The position numbers and the translations under genes are program-made. Positions 28,577 through 36,471 of a stretch of 64,000 bases of DNA are shown here, piece after piece. Positions within the stretch are counted from its first letter, which is position 1; each line of letters starts with the position of its first letter. The stretch comes from an uncultured delta proteobacterium (GTDB lineage: Bacteria > Desulfobacterota > Binatia > Binatales > Binataceae). The DNA lies in contig CAWFBH010000005.1 in the NCBI GenBank assembly GCA_963814035.1, positions 86,019-150,018 on the forward strand, read 5' to 3'. The notes below the pieces were generated by a model, which searched no databases, was not told where the DNA came from, and saw nothing but the letters and a program-made list of their open reading frames with translations.

Positions 28577-28661
28577 CTAAGCTACTTCCTGTCGAAACAA
28601 GGCAGCAACGCTCTGTCAGACCAAACCTGGGTGAACCGAACACCAAGCTGAACGCGAGCGA

Positions 28662-29102
28662 GTGAAAATGAAAGCTAACAAGAAATCTCTGATAATAGGA
28701 GCAACGACTGCGGTAGCCGTCGGACTCGCCGGCGGCATCTTCGGCGCATTTCTCTCGGTAGCTCATCCGACTCTGGGTTCTTCGACCACCCCCGTCGCCT
28801 CAGAGCCGGTGACTATAAAGCCGGGCACACCGATCCTCCTCTTCAACAAGGGCGAAGCGCACGCCTCGGTCAAGGTCGACCGGAACGGACTTATCCTGTT
28901 GAACCTCACGACCAAGACCGGCCAGAACCAGATTGCGCTCGGTGTGCTCGGCGATTCCAAACTCGAAGTCGGCGTGTTTGATTCCGCCGGCAAGGCACGG
29001 GCAGGCCTCGAGGTGCCGATGAAGACCTCCGGCCAGGTCCACATGCTGCTGCTCGATAAACATGATATCCAGCCGGGCGCCAGCGTCCCGGCACGGAGTT
29101 AA
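28662..29102 (+). CDS. small membrane-anchored/secreted protein, unknown function (sigma-54 promoter target)
   Basis: 146 aa. N-terminal K-rich plus TM segment (IIGATTAVAVGLAGGIFGAFL), beta-rich remainder. Alternative ATG at 28668. Confidence 0.6.
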   Translation: MKMKANKKSLIIGATTAVAVGLAGGIFGAFLSVAHPTLGSSTTPVASEPVTIKPGTPILLFNKGEAHASVKVDRNGLILLNLTTKTGQNQIALGVLGDSKLEVGVFDSAGKARAGLEVPMKTSGQVHMLLLDKHDIQPGASVPARS

Positions 29103-29295
29103 CCAGCTTCCAAACCCCCAGTCACCGGGCTCTTCCACACACACACCCCCACTCCTCCAAAAGGGCCCGGTGACACTTCCCCTAAAACAGCCACTTCCCG
29201 ATTCCGGCGTGGGCGGCACAGCGTTGAATGACGCTATGGCGCCGACGGCGGAACGATTCATTATTTGAAGACGTACCGATAGCCCTCGGCATTCA

Positions 29296-29419
29296 GACCC
29301 AACCCCCAGCTCCCTTCCCCTGAAGTGGAAGGGGAGTCAAAAAGGGGAAGAGACAAAGATTACGCTGTTTGCTTTCTGGTCCCCCTTCCACTTTAGGGGA
29401 AGGGGCCAGGGGTTAGGTC
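29296..29419. mobile_element. MITE-like hairpin repeat, copy C (two half-elements in inverted orientation, near-perfect 10-bp terminal inverted repeats)
   Basis: Starts GACCCAACCC and ends GGGGTTAGGTC. Internal hairpins CTCCCCTTCC/GGAAGGGGAG and CCCCCTTCC/GGGGAAGGGG. Abuts the stop codon of the CBS gene. Confidence 0.65.
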
Positions 29420-29905
29420 TCACGCCGCGTGCGAGGCGCTTCCGTTTCCATTCGCGGTGGAAATCGCTCCCAACGTCTCGATGAGCTCGCCGTCCTTGAT
29501 GGGACGCTTTCTGGACTTCGAGGCGCGCAGGCGATCGGTTTCGCGCGCGATGTCACTAACCGACAAAATTCCGATCAGGCGTTGATCCGCATCGACCACC
29601 GGCAGGCGGCGGATCTGCCGGTCGCGCATCCGCTCGGCAGCCGCCGAAATATTGTCACTTGGATTACAAACGCTGACATTGCGTGACATTACGCTGGCGA
29701 CCGAGCCGTCCTTGAGCGCGATGCCCTTGGTATAGGCGGCCATGCAGATGTCGCGGTCGGTCAACATCCCGATCACCCTGGAATCCGAATCGACGACCGG
29801 CACCGAGCCGCAATCATTCTCCCACATGAGCTGGGCCGCCCGATTGAGCGAATCATACTGGAAGCATGCTTTAACGTCCTTGGTCATCAGATCACCGACT
29901 TTCAT
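29420..29905 (-). CDS. CBS domain pair protein
   Basis: MKVGDLMTKDVKAC...VPVVDSDSRVIGMLTDRDI and RRLPVVDADQRLIGILSVSDI form two CBS motifs. ATG at 29905 follows GGAGAGGAG. Confidence 0.85.
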   Translation of the reverse strand: MKVGDLMTKDVKACFQYDSLNRAAQLMWENDCGSVPVVDSDSRVIGMLTDRDICMAAYTKGIALKDGSVASVMSRNVSVCNPSDNISAAAERMRDRQIRRLPVVDADQRLIGILSVSDIARETDRLRASKSRKRPIKDGELIETLGAISTANGNGSASHAA

Positions 29906-30260
29906 CACCACTACTCCTCTCCAGGCACGACACTATCCGCGTCGCGCCGCGTCTTAATCGAAGATCGCCAGCCGCCGTATGGGAAAAGAACCGCGACGTT
30001 GCATTGGGCGCGACACCAAATGCGCCGTCAGAATTCGGACGAAGTGCTGACACATAAGCATCAGGCACGACCGCTGCCCAACTGGCGACACCCACGCGGT
30101 TGAGCACATTTCTACCCCAACGAAAAAGTTGAGTTAAGTACGGCAAGGAAAAAACCAATCGTCTTTCCACATCGACGCGCTGCGCCTGTTACTAGATGGT
30201 GGCACACCATGGAGCCCTCGCCCGCGGATTGCATCGCGCGTCCACAACTCGATCGCAGCT

Positions 30261-30276
30261 TGGCATGCTCGATGCT
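30261..30276 (+). promoter_or_regulatory. candidate second sigma-54 promoter
   Basis: TGGCAT-GCTCG-ATGCT. GG and GC are correctly spaced, with one mismatch in the -12 TTGC. About 40 nt upstream of the ATG at 30317. Confidence 0.4.
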
Positions 30277-30316
30277 CATTGCCTCGCGTTCGAAATTTTC
30301 CCAGGGGGCGATTCTG

Positions 30317-30757
30317 ATGCGTCGAGAAGCTGAGCGAGAACCTGAAATGATTTCCACCGCGAGCACCCGCCACGCGGCCAATCCTAAACCGCAACGCGCC
30401 GAGGTGGATGGCGTATTTCCATTGATGCCGCAGCAGTACTACGACCTCATCTCGCGTCGCCGAATCATCGACGGCGAACGGCGTCTGATGTTCGCGGTCT
30501 TCGAAGACGCGATCCGATGCTACGTGATGTGCATGAGCTCGAAATCACAAGCGCGGCGCAGAGAATTCGAAGAGGTGCGGAGCTGGATGGAGCTGCGTGG
30601 CCACCACAGCGTCTTTTCGTTCGACAGTCTGTGCGATCTCTTCGAGATCGACGCCGACCTGCTGCGGAGACAACTTGCGACGCTGCATTCATCCGATCTG
30701 CCGCGCCGCCGCATCGGATCGATCGGCCGTCGCGTTCCGATGAGCGCCACGATGTGA
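30317..30757 (+). CDS. hypothetical protein (Arg-rich, helical)
   Basis: ORF 30209..30757. Start at 30317 (GGGGG 8 nt upstream) or 30347. No family recognised. Confidence 0.45.
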   Translation: MRREAEREPEMISTASTRHAANPKPQRAEVDGVFPLMPQQYYDLISRRRIIDGERRLMFAVFEDAIRCYVMCMSSKSQARRREFEEVRSWMELRGHHSVFSFDSLCDLFEIDADLLRRQLATLHSSDLPRRRIGSIGRRVPMSATM

Positions 30758-30798
30758 CCTGCGGGCGCTGCCGAGTGGCGAAGTTGGTCCTCTCTCGA

Positions 30799-32397
30799 AT
30801 GTGCCCTACAGGGTCGTCTGGCGCCAATGGCTACAGGTCTCAGAATCGAGGCCGAGGTTATCGCGGCGTCGGCGTTTATGGAGCTTGGCCGGCGCGTAAA
30901 GTCAGTCTTGCATGGTCGCTGGCCCTGCTTCTGACTTTACCGCTGCTCGGCGGATGTGGCGGCTCCTCGAGCCCCAATACCACTGCGGGCGCGCCCCTGA
31001 GTGCGCGCAACCTCAACTTGGTTTTCGTGGTGAGCGAGGACCTGGCTTTCCAGGCTTCCGGCGATATCAACCCGAACACCGCCAACCTGACCAATCAGGG
31101 ACTGCAACGGTCGCTCCGCATGGCGACCTGTCTCAAGCACCGCGTGTTGGGCGGCAAGAATGTCACCGGGGTCTATGCGCTCGAGCCGATGAGCCATTTG
31201 CAGACTGTCGGCAACTATCCTGATATGGCCGCGCTCGAGACCATCGAGCAGTTTGCGTTGCTCAACCAAATCGCCCTTTCAGATGCGCAGCCGCTTATCG
31301 CGAGCAGCGACGGTCCCAGCTCTGCACCCCCGTTTACCGGCAATAGTAATCCGCTCAATTCATCGTATGGCTCGGCACTTCCGAGCAGCGTTGCCACGCC
31401 CTCGATAGCCTGCCCGACTTGCCAGGGCCTCGATTTCGCCGATCAGGGTAGCGATAACGAAAATCTCGTAACCGGCATCATTACGGCAGATCTGCCAGGT
31501 TTCTATGTCTTCTCGGCGCCGTGGGAAACCACCAGCGCGCTGCTGACAAAAGTCAATCAACTCGAAAGCTATCAACTAAGTCTTCCAGTCAGCTATGCGG
31601 GCCCCGACGTCATATATGCGATCTCGATCGCGCCGTCGGGGCGCGCGCGGCTGGTGACCTTCAATGACCACCTCGATCCCGCCTCGACCTATCCTGTGTT
31701 GCCCGCGCCGGCCCCCGTCAGCACCCCATGTACGGCGCAAGCACATTTCAACCTCGAGGTGATTGGCGGCAGCGGCGGTGCCACGACTCCGATGGGAATC
31801 AACGTCAACGAAACTCTGTACATGATTCGCCACGCCGAGGCGCATCCGGAGACCTGGTGGGACGACGGCAACTACATATGCGCGGGGCAGTGGCGCGCGC
31901 TCGATCTTCCGAATGCGCTGGCCGGCAGGATCATTCCCGCCCCGCAGCAAGTCTATTCGATCGATCCCGCGCAGGTCATTCCCGGCGCCGCGAATACATC
32001 GGGGAGTTCGCTCTGGTCATATGTGAGGCCGTCTTTGACCGCCGAACCATACGCAATCGCCAACGGCCTGCCATATGGTCTGGCGGCGAGCTTCGAGCTC
32101 ATCGACATGAACTCGCCGCAGCGCGCCAGTAATTTTTTCTTTACCGGCGGCCAATTCAGCAATCAGGCGGTGCTGATGGCGTGGGAGCACGATCACATTC
32201 CTCCAACGGTTAACGCGCTGCTCGCCAGCTATTTTCCCGGAGGAGGCGGTCCGACTCCGGCGCCCGGTTGGCCGGATGACGATTACGATACGATTTGGAC
32301 CGTCACGCTGGATGGCTTCGGCAACTTGTCGGTGAACAACTCGACCTGCGAGGGCATCAGCTCGGCTGCGCTGCCGGCCACCTGCCCGGAGTTCTGA
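30799..32397 (+). CDS. lipoprotein with histidine-phosphatase (phosphoglycerate-mutase-like) domain
   Basis: Lipobox LTLPLLGGC. LYMIRHAEAHPE (RHxE catalytic motif) and WEHDHIP (second His). The N-terminal half looks like a degenerate copy (LVFVVSEDLA). Start uncertain: ATG 30878 in another frame gives an ideal MELGRRVKS signal n-region, implying a possible 1-nt deletion. Confidence 0.6.
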   Translation: MCPTGSSGANGYRSQNRGRGYRGVGVYGAWPARKVSLAWSLALLLTLPLLGGCGGSSSPNTTAGAPLSARNLNLVFVVSEDLAFQASGDINPNTANLTNQGLQRSLRMATCLKHRVLGGKNVTGVYALEPMSHLQTVGNYPDMAALETIEQFALLNQIALSDAQPLIASSDGPSSAPPFTGNSNPLNSSYGSALPSSVATPSIACPTCQGLDFADQGSDNENLVTGIITADLPGFYVFSAPWETTSALLTKVNQLESYQLSLPVSYAGPDVIYAISIAPSGRARLVTFNDHLDPASTYPVLPAPAPVSTPCTAQAHFNLEVIGGSGGATTPMGINVNETLYMIRHAEAHPETWWDDGNYICAGQWRALDLPNALAGRIIPAPQQVYSIDPAQVIPGAANTSGSSLWSYVRPSLTAEPYAIANGLPYGLAASFELIDMNSPQRASNFFFTGGQFSNQAVLMAWEHDHIPPTVNALLASYFPGGGGPTPAPGWPDDDYDTIWTVTLDGFGNLSVNNSTCEGISSAALPATCPEF

Positions 32398-32403
32398 CCG
32401 GGT

Positions 32404-32863
32404 TCACTGCGGCGGCTTCCATTGATAGCGCACGTCGGGCGTGCGCTCCTCGTTGCGGGAGCCATTGGTAAATTCGACGGCTACGAAACCGCGTCGTTCG
32501 TAGAACTTCCGCGCGCGAAGGTTTCCCTCGAAGGTCCATAGCTTCAGGCCGTCAGGGCGCAGCTCTTTCGCCATCTTCAACAGGGTATCGCCGAGGCCGA
32601 TCTTTTGCTGCGCGGGCGCGATGTAGAGATGCTCGACCCATTCGCCATAGATGGCGATGAAGCCGACCACGCCTTCCTCGAGCTCCGCAACGAAGACAAG
32701 TTGATTCGGAATCACAAAATCGCGAAAGAAGTCCGCCGTCTCTTCGAAGGTATGGACGACCGGGAGCCAGGGCATCGCCTCCCGCGCGCGCGTCGATATG
32801 CGCGGTGGCGATCGCGACGGCGTCATCGGCGCGCGCCGGTCGGATCTGAAACGGAGTTGCCAC
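32404..32863 (-). pseudogene. GNAT family N-acetyltransferase; one frame break near 32783
   Basis: N-terminal piece VATPFQIRPARADDAVAIATAHIDAR (frame of ORF 32552..32914) joins EAMPWLPVVHTF...QQKIGLGDTLL...ARKFYERRGF (ORF 32404..32826). The junction lies in a GGG run. Confidence 0.7.
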
Positions 32864-32867
32864 GACC

Positions 32868-34265
32868 TCAGCGGGTTTTGCGCGATTGCAGGAAGGCCAC
32901 CAGCGCATCGACATCGGCGGGGTTCAGCGCACCCGCGAAGGCCGGCATGTTGTGACCGCCGTTGAGAATTCGAATGACCATATCGGAATGGGTCAAGCGA
33001 TTGCCGACGTTACTCAGATTCGGTCCGCGATGTCCGCCGAAGCCTTCAACCTCGTGACAGAATTCGCAGCCTTTTTCGTGGAAGAGCGTGGCGCCCTGAT
33101 TCACATCCGGCGCCGTCGATGCGATCACATCGGTCGGCAGAACCTTCGCCGCAAAGTCTGGCGACCAGGGCGCGCGCTTCGCCTCGATCCACAGCGTGCC
33201 GATCATCATGACGATGGTGATGACGGCGGCAACTGCCCACGGGCGCCGCGTCGCATGCCGTTCGCCCTTGTTGAACAGCGGCACGACGAACAACGTTCCC
33301 AGGCCGAGTGCGGGCGCGAGGATGATGAACGGATTGGTGAGGCCGCGCGGAATCAGCGCCAGCGCGCCGTAGTACCAGAGCAGGTACCAATCGGGCGCGG
33401 GATCTTTCGCGAGCATGCTCGGATCGGGCGGCGCGCCGAGCTTTGGAGGACCGAAGATCGCAGCAAGAGCAACGATCGCGACCACCACGATCGCGCATGC
33501 GACCGCATCGCGCCACGCCGCATCGGGCCAGAACGGCACGCCTTCCTTCTCGACCAGCGCTTCGTAGCGCGCATGATAGGTCTCTGGATCGACCGGCACG
33601 CCCGGCTTGGGCGGCTCAGAAATGCCGTCATGAAAAACCAGGTACAGATGAACGCCGACGAACGCGAAGATGATCGCGGGAATGAAAAAAACGTGGAACG
33701 CGAAGAAGCGGCTGAGCGTCGCGCCACCGAGAGTTTTTCCCGCGAGAATGAAATGCGCGATCAGCGGCCCGATTACCGGCATGCGCGCGGATTGCTCCGC
33801 CGCGACCACCACCGACCACACCGCGTTCTGATCCCAGCGCAGGAGCTGGCCGGTGAAGCCCATGCCGATGGTGAGGATGAGCAGCACCGCGCCGGTCAGC
33901 CAGTTGAACTCGCGCGGATACTTGTAGCATCCCATCAGGAAAACCTGGCCCATGTGGATGCCGACCAGGAGCACCATCGCGGATGCGCCGAAGTAATGCA
34001 TCCCGCGCAGCAGATTGCCGAACAGCGCGCGCGTGGTGATGAAATTGAGCGCGTCGTACGCCTCGCCAGTCGAGGAGATATACGATGTCGCCAGCGCCAT
34101 CCCGGTCACCACCTGGATCATGAAGGCGACCACGGTGGCGCTGCCGAACACATACCACCATCCGGTGTCGGGCGGCACCGGATGCTTCGCGAGCGCCTCG
34201 AAGAATGCGATCAGTCCGGTGCGATCTTCAAAGGCGTCGATGAGTTGTTTGAGTAGTTTCGGCAT
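32868..34265 (-). CDS. cytochrome b (bc-complex) fused to a C-terminal mono-haem cytochrome c domain
   Basis: From MPKLLKQLIDAFEDRTGL. Cytochrome b signatures WWYVFGSATVVAFMIQVVTG and RGMHYFGASAMVLLVGIHM, and C-terminal CEFCHEV haem-c motif. Start at 34265 chosen because it sits 7 nt after the Rieske stop. Confidence 0.85.
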   Translation of the reverse strand: MPKLLKQLIDAFEDRTGLIAFFEALAKHPVPPDTGWWYVFGSATVVAFMIQVVTGMALATSYISSTGEAYDALNFITTRALFGNLLRGMHYFGASAMVLLVGIHMGQVFLMGCYKYPREFNWLTGAVLLILTIGMGFTGQLLRWDQNAVWSVVVAAEQSARMPVIGPLIAHFILAGKTLGGATLSRFFAFHVFFIPAIIFAFVGVHLYLVFHDGISEPPKPGVPVDPETYHARYEALVEKEGVPFWPDAAWRDAVACAIVVVAIVALAAIFGPPKLGAPPDPSMLAKDPAPDWYLLWYYGALALIPRGLTNPFIILAPALGLGTLFVVPLFNKGERHATRRPWAVAAVITIVMMIGTLWIEAKRAPWSPDFAAKVLPTDVIASTAPDVNQGATLFHEKGCEFCHEVEGFGGHRGPNLSNVGNRLTHSDMVIRILNGGHNMPAFAGALNPADVDALVAFLQSRKTR

Positions 34266-34272
34266 CGGCGGA

Positions 34273-34770
34273 TTATCCGAGCGGGACGGCGCTGGTGAGG
34301 ATTTCGACTTCGCCATTGCGAATCCGCACCGGATACTTGAACAGCGCGTGCGGCGGCGGACCCGCGGCGACTTGGCCATCGGAGTAGTAGACGCCGCCAT
34401 GACATGGGCACATGAAGAGGCCGGCATCCTGAAGCCAATGCACGGGGCATCCGAGATGCGTGCAGTTCATCGCGAAGGCGACGAAGTCCTCCTCGCCATT
34501 GCGGCGCAGCCACGCGGCGGTCTTCGCGGTCACGCCCGCCCATTTGAGCGGCGATGGATCGACGAAGGTGACGCGCACGGTGGTGCCGATTTGGAAGCCG
34601 TCGATTTTTCCTACCGTGCGCCAGGTTTCCGCGGTCGATCGCAGCAGCGGCCCGAGCAGAAACCCAACGACCGGGATTCCCACCAGCGCGCCGGCCAGCG
34701 CCGACACCGCGATGCTGACCTTGCCCAAAAAGGCGCGCCGCTCCGGGCTCAGTGGCGCTTCAGTCGCCAT
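34273..34770 (-). CDS. Rieske [2Fe-2S] subunit of the bc-type complex
   Basis: Tat-like ERRAFLGK, and cluster ligand boxes CTHLGCPV and CPCHGGVY. ATG at 34770 preceded by GGAGG. Confidence 0.9.
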   Translation of the reverse strand: MATEAPLSPERRAFLGKVSIAVSALAGALVGIPVVGFLLGPLLRSTAETWRTVGKIDGFQIGTTVRVTFVDPSPLKWAGVTAKTAAWLRRNGEEDFVAFAMNCTHLGCPVHWLQDAGLFMCPCHGGVYYSDGQVAAGPPPHALFKYPVRIRNGEVEILTSAVPLG

Positions 34771-34966
34771 CGACCATGCCTCCAATCCAGCTTTTCAGCG
34801 CGATCGCCATCAGCACCGCGCCTGCCGCGCAAAACAGGTACGACGTCACCAGGCCGAACAACACGAACGCGACGCCGAGGGAGAATCCCGCCGGCGCATA
34901 GGTCGGATGCGGAATCGTCTGCTCGGGCGGCAACACCCAGTCATCGCGCGATGGTTCAGATGCCAT
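34760..34966 (-). CDS. small two-TM membrane protein within the bc/caa3 cluster
   Basis: 68 aa with two hydrophobic helices, translationally coupled overlaps on both sides. No family recognised. Confidence 0.4.
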   Translation of the reverse strand: MASEPSRDDWVLPPEQTIPHPTYAPAGFSLGVAFVLFGLVTSYLFCAAGAVLMAIALKSWIGGMVDGD

Positions 34967-35905
34967 GCGTAACCCCTGCTTGAGGATGCGTTAACGGTTC
35001 GGCCTCCGGCGCGCGGTACCATCGCGCGAGGACGGCCATGATCGCGCCGAGGTAAACCAGGCCGCCGGGAACCCACATCAGCAGGCCGCCGAGCTCCTGG
35101 TCCGCTTCCGTCGTCAGGCCCCATGAATGGCGCAGCGCGTCGAGAATCCCGAGCTCATCCTGCGGATGCAGATACGCGGCGTAAGTGCCGATGGGCGCGA
35201 AGGTGATGAGGATTCCGAGCACGCCAGTTACCAGCATCGCCGCCCCGAGGTACGCGAACGCCGCGCCGTGGCTCATCCGCGAATCCTCCAGCGGGGCGAG
35301 AATCGGCCACCAAAAAATCGTCGCGGTAACAAGGAACGTCAGATGCTCGAAGATGTGCAGCGGCTCGCTCGCCAGGGTCGCATCGTAGAGGCGTGGCATA
35401 TGCCAGATCCATAGCGCGGCCATCCCGAGCGCCCACGCGAGGAGCGGATTGCGCAGCGCGCGCTCGATGGTTCCCAACACCGGAATCCGCACGATCGATA
35501 TCGCAAGCTCGCGGGGAATGCCGAAAATCAGCAGCGGCGGTACCGCGAGCACAAGCAGCATGTGTTGCAGCATGTGCGCGCTGAAGAGGTAGTCGTCGGC
35601 GAGAACATCGAGGGGTGAGATCAGCGCCAGGAGCATCACGAGGTCGCCGAGGAGGAAGAGCCCTAATTCCCAACCCCATAGACCTAACCCCCGACCCCTT
35701 CCCTTTTGGGAAGGGGTGTCAGAAGAGGAAAGCCTTCTCTTCTTTGCCTGATTCCCCTTCCCTAAAGGGAAGGGGTTAAGGGTTAGGTCGTTGGAAGGGC
35801 TGGGTTGAGGCTTCTTGCAATCACATACGCGATCGCCAACGCCACGCACCCGACGATCACCGACGGATCGAAATCCCACGCGGTTGCGAGGCGCGACGCG
35901 ATCAT
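34956..35905 (-). pseudogene. ctaG: cytochrome c oxidase assembly factor CtaG (caa3-type), interrupted by a 109-bp MITE-like repeat
   Basis: The ATGA overlap with the ctaE stop at 35902..35905 gives MIASRLATAWDFDPSVIVGCVALAIAYVIA, which runs into a TAA inside the repeat. The rest (WELGLFLLGDLVMLLALISPLDV...HMLQHMLL...) continues in another frame after the repeat. Confidence 0.7.
35681..35789. mobile_element. MITE-like hairpin repeat, copy D (perfect 10-bp terminal inverted repeats GACCTAACCC/GGGTTAGGTC), inside ctaG
   Basis: Two half-elements in inverted orientation, each with a CCCCTTCCC-N-GGGAAGGGG hairpin. Same family as 4931, 9552 and 29296. Confidence 0.7.
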
Positions 35906-36471
35906 GACGCGCCCGCTCCCCATAGATAGACGACACTGAACACCACCACCCAGACCACGTCGACGAAATGCCAGTACCATTCGACCGCGCCGAAGCCGTC
36001 GGTGGTGTGCTCGTGCAGTTTTCCCGCGCGCGCGAGGCCGAGCGTGACGCATAGCGCGACCAGCCCGATCATCACGTGCAGGCCATGGAAGCCGGTCAGC
36101 GTGAAAAATGTCGTTGCGAAGAGATTGCGACTGACAGTCACGCCGCTGGTGAGGAGGTCGTAGTACTCGCGCGCCTGGCCCAACATAAACAGCACGCCGA
36201 GCGCGATGGTGATCGATAACCACATCACCAGGCCGCGGCTGTCGGTGCGTCGCGCCGCGCGCGAAGCCATCCAGATCGTGGCGCTGCTGGAAAACAGCGC
36301 GAGGCTGAACATCCCGGTGCGCATTGGATTGAGTGCGGTCGCCGCGGTCGGTCCCGGCCCCGGGTACGCGTGGTAGTAGACGAACGCAATTATCAGCAGC
36401 AGGAAAAAATTCGTCTCCGACAGGATGAACAATCCGACGGCGATCTTGCCGCGCTCGCGAATGCTGATCAT
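35902..36471 (-). CDS. ctaE: cytochrome c oxidase subunit III
   Basis: 189 aa. FFLLLIIAFVYY, TGFHGLHVMIGL and WYWHFVDVVWVVVF. Confidence 0.9.
   Translation of the reverse strand: MISIRERGKIAVGLFILSETNFFLLLIIAFVYYHAYPGPGPTAATALNPMRTGMFSLALFSSSATIWMASRAARRTDSRGLVMWLSITIALGVLFMLGQAREYYDLLTSGVTVSRNLFATTFFTLTGFHGLHVMIGLVALCVTLGLARAGKLHEHTTDGFGAVEWYWHFVDVVWVVVFSVVYLWGAGAS

Noticed and set aside
30198-30203. An exact TGGCAC hexamer as a possible sigma-54 -24 element.
   Set aside because: There is no TTGC/GC element at the required 5-nt spacing; the nearest TTGCA is about 20 nt away.
32886-34256. 456-aa plus-strand ORF opposite cytochrome b/c.
   Set aside because: It is the antisense shadow of a strongly supported gene, with His/Arg/Asp-rich low-complexity translation.
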